Below, piece by piece: positions 43,153 to 50,919 of a DNA stretch of 64,000 nucleotides. A program made the translations under genes and the position numbers. Each line of letters opens with the position of its first letter. Within the stretch, counting starts at the first letter, position 1. The notes beneath the pieces were generated by a model, which was not told where the DNA came from, made no database searches, and worked only from the letters and a program-made list of their open reading frames with translations. Source of the DNA: a virus; IMG/VR virus record IMGVR_UViG_3300045988_011313, positions 1 to 64,000 of that record. One strand, given 5' to 3'.

Positions 43153-43205
43153 AGGATAGGATAATAGAGTGTGGAATACACTTTATGTCCTATCTTCCTT
43201 GTTTT
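43153..43205 (+). terminator. long imperfect hairpin with a T-rich tail (terminator candidate)
   Basis: aggatagga...agtgt-ggaat-acact...tcctatct followed by tccttgttttg. Confidence 0.45.
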
Positions 43206-43669
43206 GTATTGAATGTAACTTGTTGATTTATTGAGAGTTAATAGTATGGATTGACATATTGTCAGATGTGTGACATTATATCACTACCTCACAATTATTA
43301 CCTCATTACAATCAGCAACAAAGAACAATCATCCAATAATGTATGACTGTTTTTACTGTTACAGTGATAATACAAAACTACACTCCAACAAACAAACAAT
43401 TGAACAAACACATATTAATTGTTGTTAAAATGTCTTCAATTAGTACCAATAATATTGAGAGGTGCTACTGAAATTGGGTGCAGATGTGAAGAATAGTACG
43501 CTATTACAGGACTGTGGTGAGAGTGATATTAATTACTCAATAAACTTAGTGATGATAAAAAGGACAGAATCAACATAAAATTGCACAGAGAGTAAGAAGG
43601 TTTAGAAACTAAATATATTAGGTCAGAATTAAGACATATAAAAGGCAACAACTAATATTATATGATTTA

Positions 43670-43740
43670 GGAGGTATTAGTACAATGTTAGTACATAACT
43701 TATTGCAGTTATATGGTAGTTCAAGTCTATCATACCTCCC
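43670..43740 (+). tRNA. compact tRNA-like element with a non-canonical anticodon arm (6 bp + 6 nt, or 5 bp + 8-nt loop TTATTGCA)
   Basis: GGAGGTA-TTA-GTAC-AATGTTA-GTAC-ATAACT-TATTGC-AGTTAT-AT-GGTAG-TTCAAGT-CTATC-A-TACCTCC-C followed by TTTTT. It has a perfect 7-bp acceptor and a canonical T-loop. Confidence 0.4.
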
Positions 43741-43769
43741 TTTTTATCAACTTATAAACAAACAATCAA

Positions 43770-44093
43770 ATGAGCAAACAAGCATCTTACAATGGCATAC
43801 TTTATCAGATAGAGTATCAGCCACAACTGTCAAACAATGATTACACACAACACAAAGTGTATCATATCAAGACAGAAGAAGAGAATTATGGCAAATCAAG
43901 AAAAGCTATTGCATCCATCATGGAAGATGAGCTTGGTTACACACAAGGATATTTATGGTCTGCGGGTGAATATCATATAAAGAATACACAGCAGCCATCT
44001 ATAATTAATGGTTTGCATCCATACTATAAATTCACCTATGATGAGGACTTGGATGTATATGTATTTACACTTGTTATACCTTATGATGATTGA
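43770..44093 (+). CDS. hypothetical early protein (107 aa)
   Basis: ORF on the plus strand. Its stop overlaps the next start (ATGA). Confidence 0.5.
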   Translation: MSKQASYNGILYQIEYQPQLSNNDYTQHKVYHIKTEEENYGKSRKAIASIMEDELGYTQGYLWSAGEYHIKNTQQPSIINGLHPYYKFTYDEDLDVYVFTLVIPYDD

Positions 44094-44281
44094 GTATGAG
44101 CAGTGTTAGAGGAATAAAGAAAGTCTTGAAGAATAGTAAAGGCTTTTGCACTATAGTAGGTAAAAATGGTATGTGTGCTTGCATTTCAGAGTGGAATACT
44201 ATAAAGTATCACAAACATGGAGTATCTGTTAGTGATTCAGTATATGTACCATATAAACTTATCAAAGGAATAGGATTATGA
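44090..44281 (+). CDS. hypothetical early protein (63 aa)
   Basis: Translationally coupled chain of small ORFs with 4-nt overlaps. Confidence 0.45.
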   Translation: MSMSSVRGIKKVLKNSKGFCTIVGKNGMCACISEWNTIKYHKHGVSVSDSVYVPYKLIKGIGL

Positions 44282-44469
44282 CCACAAACAAACAGAAAGC
44301 TGCTGTTCACTTTTGTGAGCAGTGGCTTAATGTCACCTTCAGTGGTGATATTAACAATTTCCAACAGGTAAGTAATTTTCTCTCAGAGTATTTAGAGGAA
44401 GCCAAACTGACTTATAGTGAAATTGCATGTGAGTATGAATCATATTTATGGGACTTAATGATGGACTAA
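44278..44469 (+). CDS. hypothetical early protein (63 aa)
   Basis: Coupled to its neighbours by 4-nt overlaps. Confidence 0.45.
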   Translation: MTTNKQKAAVHFCEQWLNVTFSGDINNFQQVSNFLSEYLEEAKLTYSEIACEYESYLWDLMMD

Positions 44470-44472
44470 GTT

Positions 44473-44709
44473 ATGGCAAGATATAGAATAAACCCAAATG
44501 CTATATGTAGTTCAGAGAACTACAAGCAATCAAAGAAATTACACATGGATATGTTGAAGAGAAATCATAAAGTATTCATAGAAATGGTAATAAAGGAAAG
44601 AATAGTTATCAAGAAACAGGCATACATCAAAGTATTTGGTAACTTGATAGCTATTACTCCAAGTGAAGTAGCAAGATTTAAAAAGGAGATGACTATAATA
44701 TGGAAGTAA
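44473..44709 (+). CDS. hypothetical basic early protein (78 aa)
   Basis: ORF 3 nt after the previous stop. Confidence 0.45.
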   Translation: MARYRINPNAICSSENYKQSKKLHMDMLKRNHKVFIEMVIKERIVIKKQAYIKVFGNLIAITPSEVARFKKEMTIIWK

Positions 44710-44772
44710 TACTATTCATAGTGGCTTTGGTATTCCATGCCATAGTTCTTTACATCATATTTAGTTGCTTCA

Positions 44773-45003
44773 ATGACAATTAGAGAGTTATATATCTTTG
44801 CTCAATCTCATGCTCTTCTTGACAAGAGTGTGGGATTGGTCATTGATGAATATATAAAGCACATCTCTGTGCATAATGATACCTTAGCTCATAGCAGCAT
44901 TATGAATAATCAAGGCAATGAATCTGTGAGTAAGTCTAACATAGACTATAAGAATAAGGTAGAGTTTAGTACAGAAGATGTGCTTGAGTTATTTTCAACT
45001 TAA
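44773..45003 (+). CDS. hypothetical early protein (76 aa)
   Basis: ORF on the plus strand. Confidence 0.45.
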   Translation: MTIRELYIFAQSHALLDKSVGLVIDEYIKHISVHNDTLAHSSIMNNQGNESVSKSNIDYKNKVEFSTEDVLELFST

Positions 45004-45020
45004 CAAACAATTAAACAAAA

Positions 45021-45257
45021 ATGAACAAATTTAAGCTTATACTCAAAGGCATATTGTTATGGACAACAGCCTTTGTGACTATACTCTTTGTAGCAGGAGT
45101 AGATAGCATCTATGACAATGGATATTTCTTTCTGACTACAATTGTTGCAGTAATGGTACTCTGTTGCTACAAGCTAATCTCAGAGGAAGAGTTTGAAGTA
45201 TTGTCTTTGTACATATGGTTTAACAAAATAATAGGAGAAGAATCATGCGGACAGTAG
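45021..45257 (+). CDS. small two-TM membrane protein (78 aa)
   Basis: Hydrophobic segments ILLWTTAFVTILFVAGV and FFLTTIVAVMVLCCY. Confidence 0.45.
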   Translation: MNKFKLILKGILLWTTAFVTILFVAGVDSIYDNGYFFLTTIVAVMVLCCYKLISEEEFEVLSLYIWFNKIIGEESCGQ

Positions 45258-46009
45258 CTGTAATTTTCACAGATAGGAGAATACCTCTTAGTGAGGTATC
45301 TTCCTACAAAAAGTACAAATTCTTGTGCAACTATGATATTATATCATCACTTGATATGATAGAAGACCCAAGATACAATAGTAAGATGATGGTAGTAGGG
45401 TTTACTTGTGATACTGATAGAGTTCAACAAGGAATAACACTGAAAGACATCTACATTACCAAGGTAAATGGACAAGTTATTATCCAGCCTGCTGGATTGG
45501 TTAATGGTAGCTTGGTAGGAAGTGATTTTGACATTGACAAACAAAGAACAAATAACATGGAAGAGAAAAGAAACATCAAGGTAACACTTGAACAGGCAAT
45601 GGAGTGGTATAATAGTGGTAATAGTACATTGCGTACATTAGCACTGAGTGCATATACTGAGGATGAATTGAAGTTCAACTTCAAATACATCAGCAGTAAA
45701 GTATGCAGTACAATAGGCTTCTGTGCCAATGTCCCTGCTGGTGAAGCAGAGAAGTATAATACACTTGCAGACTTGGCAATCCTTGCTAAGTTCTTCAATT
45801 GCTATTGGAGAAAAACTACAAGCAATACAGGATATTTCCTTGGCAAGTATAACAGAGGCAATGGTCCTGTAGTTGATGTTTGCAATGGTGTTGGTGTGTA
45901 TGAGCACAATACTGTACAGTATGCAGGTGTTGTATACTTCAAAAATCAAAAAGATGCAATCAAAGCAGTCAAGATTCTTGGTGATAGAGTGAAAAACTTA
46001 TTTGATTAG
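45245..46009 (+). CDS. hypothetical protein (254 aa)
   Basis: Longest ORF in the interval. The three antisense track ORFs across it are Leu/Ser/Cys-rich and were rejected. Confidence 0.55.
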   Translation: MRTVAVIFTDRRIPLSEVSSYKKYKFLCNYDIISSLDMIEDPRYNSKMMVVGFTCDTDRVQQGITLKDIYITKVNGQVIIQPAGLVNGSLVGSDFDIDKQRTNNMEEKRNIKVTLEQAMEWYNSGNSTLRTLALSAYTEDELKFNFKYISSKVCSTIGFCANVPAGEAEKYNTLADLAILAKFFNCYWRKTTSNTGYFLGKYNRGNGPVVDVCNGVGVYEHNTVQYAGVVYFKNQKDAIKAVKILGDRVKNLFD

Positions 46010-46205
46010 AACATTAAATTGTATGATTATGGAGATTCCAGAAATTCCAGAAATTTGGTATAGTTAGGAGAACCAAAGCATTTAATAGAGGCTCATGGTT
46101 GTTATTACACACAAAGTGGGTTTTAGATTGGACGGATGATTTAAGAGATTTCTGTAATAATTATTCGTCCAATCATTATACTTACAATATTTATTTAATA
46201 GAGCA

Positions 46206-46352
46206 ATGAATGTAGATAAAGCAAAGAGAAACATCAGAAAAGTATATAAAGATATTCAGACAGAATCTGCTTATGGTAGCACGGTTAGTGTTAGCAAGAT
46301 GAATGAATGGGCAGAAATACTTGATGATGCCATTGCATTCTTAGGAGACTGA
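46206..46352 (+). CDS. small ORF (48 aa), below the track cutoff
   Basis: MNVDKAKRNIRKVYKDIQTESAYGSTVSVSKMNEWAEILDDAIAFLGD*. Lies 3 nt before the next ATG. Confidence 0.4.
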   Translation: MNVDKAKRNIRKVYKDIQTESAYGSTVSVSKMNEWAEILDDAIAFLGD

Positions 46353-46355
46353 CTT

Positions 46356-46526
46356 ATGAATAAAATGTATCAGATAGACCAAGACCTCAAAGACAAGCTA
46401 GTCAAGTACTTCTCAACCATCGAGGAAATGGCAGATGAACTGACTACTGGTAATGTGGCTCACAAGAAAACAGCCATCAAGGGGTTTGCTGGTAGAGCAA
46501 AGGAATATCTAATTAAGCATACATAA
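46356..46526 (+). CDS. small ORF (56 aa), below the track cutoff
   Basis: MNKMYQIDQDLKDKLVKYFSTIEEMADELTTGNVAHKKTAIKGFAGRAKEYLIKHT*. Tightly packed between its neighbours. Confidence 0.4.
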   Translation: MNKMYQIDQDLKDKLVKYFSTIEEMADELTTGNVAHKKTAIKGFAGRAKEYLIKHT

Positions 46527-46527
46527 T

Positions 46528-46665
46528 ATGAGTAAATGGATAGGAAAATGGAAGAAATCTCGTCAACCCTATGGATGGACTGGAATACTTTATTGGAATA
46601 ACATCCCAATAACACGTATGTATGAATCTGAATTTGATTTATTAATGAATAAACCAACAAAATGA
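46528..46665 (+). CDS. small ORF (45 aa), below the track cutoff
   Basis: MSKWIGKWKKSRQPYGWTGILYWNNIPITRMYESEFDLLMNKPTK*. The ATG is 1 nt after the previous stop. Confidence 0.35.
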   Translation: MSKWIGKWKKSRQPYGWTGILYWNNIPITRMYESEFDLLMNKPTK

Positions 46666-46671
46666 TTAACT

Positions 46672-46977
46672 ATGGATAAGAAGAAAGTTGAAGAGCTGAT
46701 AAAAGAAGCAAAACATTTAGCAATTTTACGCAAATATGAAAATAGACAAGCATATTTGAATAATTGCATTCGTTGTTTGAAAGAAGCTTTGGAAGAACTC
46801 TCCAAGTCTGACTGGATTTCTGTAGAGGATGAACCTGCACCAAGACTTGAATGGGACGGCTCTTGGAATGATATTGTTGTGTGCTACAAAGATAAATGGG
46901 TACTTCCTTTATCTTACGTTGTACGCAATGATGTAGAGTTCACACATTGGCGTAGAATCGAAAAGTTGGAGGAGTAA
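46672..46977 (+). CDS. DUF551-like phage protein (101 aa)
   Basis: DWISVEDEPAP...VVCYKDKWVLP...FTHWRRIEK matches the W-I-S-V-x-D-x-x-P ... THW pattern of DUF551. The match comes from memory of the family. Confidence 0.45.
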   Translation: MDKKKVEELIKEAKHLAILRKYENRQAYLNNCIRCLKEALEELSKSDWISVEDEPAPRLEWDGSWNDIVVCYKDKWVLPLSYVVRNDVEFTHWRRIEKLEE

Positions 46978-46979
46978 GT

Positions 46980-47207
46980 ATGAAGGCATTAAAAAGATTA
47001 GTATATGTGCTACTTATGTATTCAACATGTATCATAACTCCATTTATAGATATAATATTTATACTTATACCAATTAAGTGGATAATAACTGGGAGTGTTT
47101 TACGACAGAAAGTAACTAAAGGGAAGAAAACATTCTATGTTTATACCATAACGGAAGTGGCATATTATAGTATGGATAAGTATTTAACTAAATTATTAAA
47201 GCTATGA
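46980..47207 (+). CDS. small membrane protein (75 aa)
   Basis: Hydrophobic N-terminal half (VYVLLMYSTCIITPFIDIIFILIPIKWIITG). Confidence 0.45.
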   Translation: MKALKRLVYVLLMYSTCIITPFIDIIFILIPIKWIITGSVLRQKVTKGKKTFYVYTITEVAYYSMDKYLTKLLKL

Positions 47208-47590
47208 ATAGAGAACAAGCAAAACAGCTATTGCCTATTATTCAAGCATTTGCAGAAGGTAAAACAATACAATATCGTCACGGAGATGTAGATTGGGTAG
47301 ATGTTGCTCCTTATAGTGTTCTTGATTTTAATGATGATACTTCAAAATATCGTATTAAACCAGAATCAAAATACCGTCCTTTTGCAAATGCAGAAGAGTG
47401 CTGGCAGGAAATGCAAAAACATCAACCATTTGGGTGGTTGAAGATAGATGATTGGTATTGCACAATAAAAGAAATTAGACCTACATGTACTTTTTGTCAT
47501 GGTGGTGGGGATGTATTCTATTATGCAGATATGGTAAAGAAAATAAACTTTGCTGATGGCACTCCATTTGGTATTAAAGAGGAGGAATAG
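47204..47590 (+). CDS. hypothetical protein (128 aa)
   Basis: ORF with a 4-nt overlap with the upstream gene. Confidence 0.5.
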   Translation: MNREQAKQLLPIIQAFAEGKTIQYRHGDVDWVDVAPYSVLDFNDDTSKYRIKPESKYRPFANAEECWQEMQKHQPFGWLKIDDWYCTIKEIRPTCTFCHGGGDVFYYADMVKKINFADGTPFGIKEEE

Positions 47591-47906
47591 TAGAGAATAT
47601 TGATATAAAACTTAAAGAGATATAGTTATGGAGCAACGCATTATCAAATTTAAGGCAAAACCAATGTAAATAACCGTCCTTATAGGACATAATAATAAAT
47701 AATATGAATAAAAGATTAACAAATCACCTTCTTCTGTAAAAGGGAGAGGGGGATAAAAAAATATACTTTAATTGGTGGAGCGAGTCGCTCTTTCTGTACA
47801 GAGTATGTAATTTCAAGCATAATATAAGATAGCTCTGTTGTTATGTGATGCTATGCAGCATACAGGAGTTTCTAATATAATTAGAACGTAAGTATCTTAT
47901 ATTTAC

Positions 47907-47980
47907 ACTCTCATAGCTCAGCAGCATAGAGCATTGGTTTCCTAAACCAAGGGTCGAGGGTTGGAGTCCCTCTGGGAGTA
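47907..47980 (+). tRNA. tRNA-Arg(CCT)
   Basis: ACTCTCA-TA-GCTC-AGCAGCATA-GAGC-A-TTGGT-TTCCTAA-ACCAA-GGGTC-GAGGG-TTGGAGT-CCCTC-TGGGAGT-A. The elbow pair appears swapped (C19/G56). Confidence 0.75.
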
Positions 47981-48030
47981 CTAAGGTGTTATTTGTAAAG
48001 GTAATTTGATTGTTTTTAGGTATTTATTAT

Positions 48031-48066
48031 AGGAAACTGGTATGTGATATATAGGTTTCCTTTTGT
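48031..48066 (+). terminator. rho-independent terminator-like hairpin between the two plus-strand tRNAs
   Basis: aggaaac-N17-gtttcct followed by TTTGTT. Confidence 0.5.
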
Positions 48067-48069
48067 TAT

Positions 48070-48141
48070 GTCTCCATAGTTCAAGGGATAGAACAATAGT
48101 CTTCTAAACTATATATCTGAGTTCGAGTCTCAGTGGAGATA
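48070..48141 (+). tRNA. tRNA-Arg(TCT), second copy (other strand from 41203..41274)
   Basis: GTCTCCA-TA-GTTC-AAGGGATA-GAAC-A-ATAGT-CTTCTAA-ACTAT-ATAT-CTGAG-TTCGAGT-CTCAG-TGGAGAT-A. Confidence 0.8.
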
Positions 48142-48352
48142 CAATGTCTATTTAACTACTATTTCCTGACCATGCTGTGCAAAATGACTGAAAATGTGGT
48201 GCTGATAGGTAAGCTATCACCACTTATAAATGCAACTACTTCAATGTGGGGATATAAAGAGAAAGTTACGTGACTTTAATAATGATGTTTCAATAGGAAA
48301 CAATATTTGACTTTGTTAGGACATTCTTTCAATAAGAAATGAATCCAAATAA

Positions 48353-48735
48353 GGGGCATTTTTTGGTTTTGATTGCTGATTATTTAGTAAGAGAACATGC
48401 AAAGACTGATGGAAAGACATCAAAACAATAACTGGCAATACTTCTTATAGAGTTGCTGCCTAAATAGGCTGAGTAGCACTTACTTGGAAACAGAAAGGTG
48501 CAAAGCCTGAATGAAGACTAAGGCTGAGGGTCCTACTTTAAGAGCATTAATAGGCTGTGGTCTCGCAGAAGGTAACTCAACTTTTTCCTTGTTTATGGAC
48601 AATAAAATAAGGTGGTGGAAATGCTGTAAATCCAGACAGACCCAGTGGGTAACTGACCACATTAAAAAGTAGTAAGCATGTGTAATTCTTTTATTAAAGA
48701 TTAGTAAGACAGGGGTTCGATTCCCCTATGCTCCA
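48353..48735 (+). ncRNA. ssrA: tmRNA (transfer-messenger RNA), ~383 nt, tag ORF 48434..48463 encoding GNTSYRVAA*
   Basis: 5' GGGGCAT pairs with 3' ATGCTCC (G3-U70). The 3' T-arm is AGGGG-TTCGATT-CCCCT with discriminator A. There is an internal GGC-started frame ...GTT GCT GCC TAA. AACATGC/GCATGT(G) gives P2-like pairing. Confidence 0.8.
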
Positions 48736-48769
48736 CAAAATAACTTTAGTATTAACTAAAAAAAAAAGT

Positions 48770-49165
48770 ATGTTTTATTTATTAATGTTTGAGTTCATGC
48801 TATTGGGAGTAATAGGTGGACTATTAGGTATATTCTATAGGAATTGCCTGAAGGTTGAGGATATGATATTCTATCCTTTGTATAGTAAAGTGTTTGTACC
48901 TATGGTTAAAAGTGGCAATAGGTTCTTACATTTTATAGCATTCCCATTAGGATTCTGCATCTATTGTAGTACCTTTTGGATAACTATGCTCATTCTTATA
49001 CTCTTCCTGACAAGCTGGGATTCACTCCCTAAGTGGCAGTATGTTGTAATAGGAATCATAGCAGCAGAAGGTGTAGCTCACCTAATAGTGTGTATAAGTT
49101 GCAGATTCTTAATATACAAACATCCTGACTTGGATAAGCATTACTTAAAGCATTTACATGAGTAA
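48770..49165 (+). CDS. multi-pass membrane protein (131 aa); start trimmed to Met15 of the track ORF
   Basis: The track ORF starts inside the tmRNA 3' acceptor. ATG 48770 follows an A-rich leader (MFYLLMFEFMLLGVIGG...). Confidence 0.5.
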   Translation: MFYLLMFEFMLLGVIGGLLGIFYRNCLKVEDMIFYPLYSKVFVPMVKSGNRFLHFIAFPLGFCIYCSTFWITMLILILFLTSWDSLPKWQYVVIGIIAAEGVAHLIVCISCRFLIYKHPDLDKHYLKHLHE

Positions 49166-49214
49166 CTAAAACATGTGAGTATTTATTTGTGATTAATTTA
49201 TTTTTAATAGAATT

Positions 49215-49649
49215 ATGATTGATATTAAGTTAAATCTAAGTATTGAACTTCCAGGAAGTACTATGCTTAGTAAGGAGGAGTGCCTTAAAACAACTCACAA
49301 AGTGATTGAGAAGAAGACCAAAGCTGGTAAAATCTACAAGAAAACCATTAAGGTAGAAGTAGAGGATTGGGACAAGGTGGAGAAGCACTCTATGAGAGTG
49401 ACTAATGCAAATGGTACCAATCCAGAGATTATCACTTTCCATACAAGAAAGTGTAAACCAGCTACACAGTCCCTGAACATGAGCAAGGAGGCTTATGAGC
49501 ACATGATAGATGAGGGTTCTTGTCCTTCATGGTCTAAGCCTGGCAAGTGGGCTGCAATGAGTGAAAAGGAAAGACTTGAAGCTCATTTGCAGAGAACAGT
49601 GGAATACCTTGGAGGTATATCATATACCTATCAGGTGTTTGAGGACTAA
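49215..49649 (+). CDS. hypothetical protein (144 aa)
   Basis: ORF on the plus strand followed by a hairpin plus a T10 run at about 49676-49712. Confidence 0.5.
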   Translation: MIDIKLNLSIELPGSTMLSKEECLKTTHKVIEKKTKAGKIYKKTIKVEVEDWDKVEKHSMRVTNANGTNPEIITFHTRKCKPATQSLNMSKEAYEHMIDEGSCPSWSKPGKWAAMSEKERLEAHLQRTVEYLGGISYTYQVFED

Positions 49650-49749
49650 ATGGAGGTGTTCTTGTAGTAAGGGCAGGGGTACTAATAATACCCTTGTCTT
49701 TCTTTTTTTTTTACAACCTACTGATTAAGTGGGATAAAACTAAGAGACT

Positions 49750-50301
49750 ATGGGATATGTTCCTAAATTTATACATTTTAGTCATTCCGTTGATGTAAAG
49801 TACCCATTTGGTGTTTATTGGGAGCATAGCTACATACAACAGAGTGCAGAAGTAATCCTCAATACATACAAAGAAGATATTAAGGAAGGCACAAGCATTA
49901 CTTTTGTAGCAAGAGGTACATCAGGAGCTATGATTGCAGGTGCTATGCTCAATGAGTTACATAACATTAACCCAACTACTAAGACATATATCCTGATTGT
50001 CAGGAAGGAGGAAGAAGTAGGTGCTCATTGTTCTTCATTATATGGAATTGATATGGTAGGTACTACAAGGTTTATAGTTGTGGATGACTTCATAGCATCT
50101 GGTGAAACCATTGAAGCAATCATACAGAAACTAGATTGGTACTTTACTAGTGTAGCACATCATCCTACTAATAAGTATGATATGCTTTGTGTAGGTAACT
50201 CTATTGATGCAAAAGCATTAAAGAAGAACTCATGTGCTGGTTACAGAAAATGGAAAGGGATTTGTTCAAGATTTAAGTATGTAGTATGCTGCCCTGATTA
50301 A
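49750..50301 (+). CDS. type I phosphoribosyltransferase-fold protein (183 aa)
   Basis: PRPP-binding signature RFIVVDDFIASGETIEAI preceded by FVARGTSGAMIAGAM. Substrate unknown. Confidence 0.6.
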   Translation: MGYVPKFIHFSHSVDVKYPFGVYWEHSYIQQSAEVILNTYKEDIKEGTSITFVARGTSGAMIAGAMLNELHNINPTTKTYILIVRKEEEVGAHCSSLYGIDMVGTTRFIVVDDFIASGETIEAIIQKLDWYFTSVAHHPTNKYDMLCVGNSIDAKALKKNSCAGYRKWKGICSRFKYVVCCPD

Positions 50302-50328
50302 ATTGGGAGCTAAATAAAAAAGTAATTT

Positions 50329-50520
50329 ATGACAAGGATATGGATTATAGTTTTACTAATAATATACGTGATGGTCCTTATTAATAAATATGAACCATCA
50401 ATAGATATAATAGTACAAGGTAAAAGGTATAGGGTGTTATTATGGTATAATAGCCATAAGTCAAATTATCCTAATAAACCTACGGTAGTAAGAAATTACA
50501 TACAACTGTTTGTAATATGA
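50329..50520 (+). CDS. small N-terminally anchored membrane protein (63 aa)
   Basis: TM segment IWIIVLLIIYVMVLI. Confidence 0.4.
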   Translation: MTRIWIIVLLIIYVMVLINKYEPSIDIIVQGKRYRVLLWYNSHKSNYPNKPTVVRNYIQLFVI

Positions 50521-50723
50521 GTAAAGGAAGAAAGTATAAAATACCCCATAAGTATCTTAGCAAATATCCTATAAGGAAAAGGACTAGATATAAGGTAATG
50601 GGAGGTAAAAACCGTAAAAAATCAAAGTTTAAGTTCTTTAGGCACCTGAAATTCTGGAAGACTCTAGAAGGTCATATATCTATGAGGAAGATGGTGGCTA
50701 TGTATAGTTGGATTTGGAATTAA
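50517..50723 (+). CDS. small very basic protein (68 aa)
   Basis: KGRKYKIPHKYLSKYPIRKRTRYKVMGGKNRKKSKFKFFRHLKFWK. Has a 4-nt overlap with the upstream ORF. Confidence 0.4.
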   Translation: MSKGRKYKIPHKYLSKYPIRKRTRYKVMGGKNRKKSKFKFFRHLKFWKTLEGHISMRKMVAMYSWIWN

Positions 50724-50727
50724 TAAT

Positions 50728-50919
50728 ATGAGAAAGTTCATTATCAAGGTAGTATGTTTAGTACTGTGTTTATTCATAGCACTAAATGCTGTTACTCAAT
50801 TACTCACCGTGAGTAACACAGCTGCTAACATTGCAGGAATTATATTGTTCGTAGTAGCTATATGGATAGGTGTAGAAGTAATGATTAAATTAATTAAAAC
50901 AAAAGAAAATGAAAAGTAA
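50728..50919 (+). CDS. small two-TM membrane protein (63 aa)
   Basis: Hydrophobic segments VVCLVLCLFIALNAV and IAGIILFVVAIWIGV. Overlaps the SPFH gene start. Confidence 0.45.
   Translation: MRKFIIKVVCLVLCLFIALNAVTQLLTVSNTAANIAGIILFVVAIWIGVEVMIKLIKTKENEK

Noticed and set aside
45347-46805. Minus-strand ORFs 45347..45544, 45451..45798, 45638..45949, 46460..46660 and 46590..46805.
   Set aside because: They are antisense to the plus-strand gene chain. The 46.2-46.7 kb interval is better explained by three tightly packed small plus-strand ORFs.
47627-47633. GGAGCAA as an alternative 5' acceptor strand for the tRNA-like 3' end at 48711..48735. This would imply a >1 kb split or intron-containing tRNA.
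   Set aside because: It gives only 6 of 7 pairs, lies 1.1 kb away and has two complete tRNA genes in between. GGGGCAT at 48353 gives a perfect acceptor with G3-U70 and a tmRNA-sized molecule with a tag ORF.
48480-48662. 60-aa minus-strand ORF, and the first 14 codons of 48728..49165.
   Set aside because: They fall inside the tmRNA gene (48353..48735). The membrane-protein CDS was trimmed to ATG 48770.
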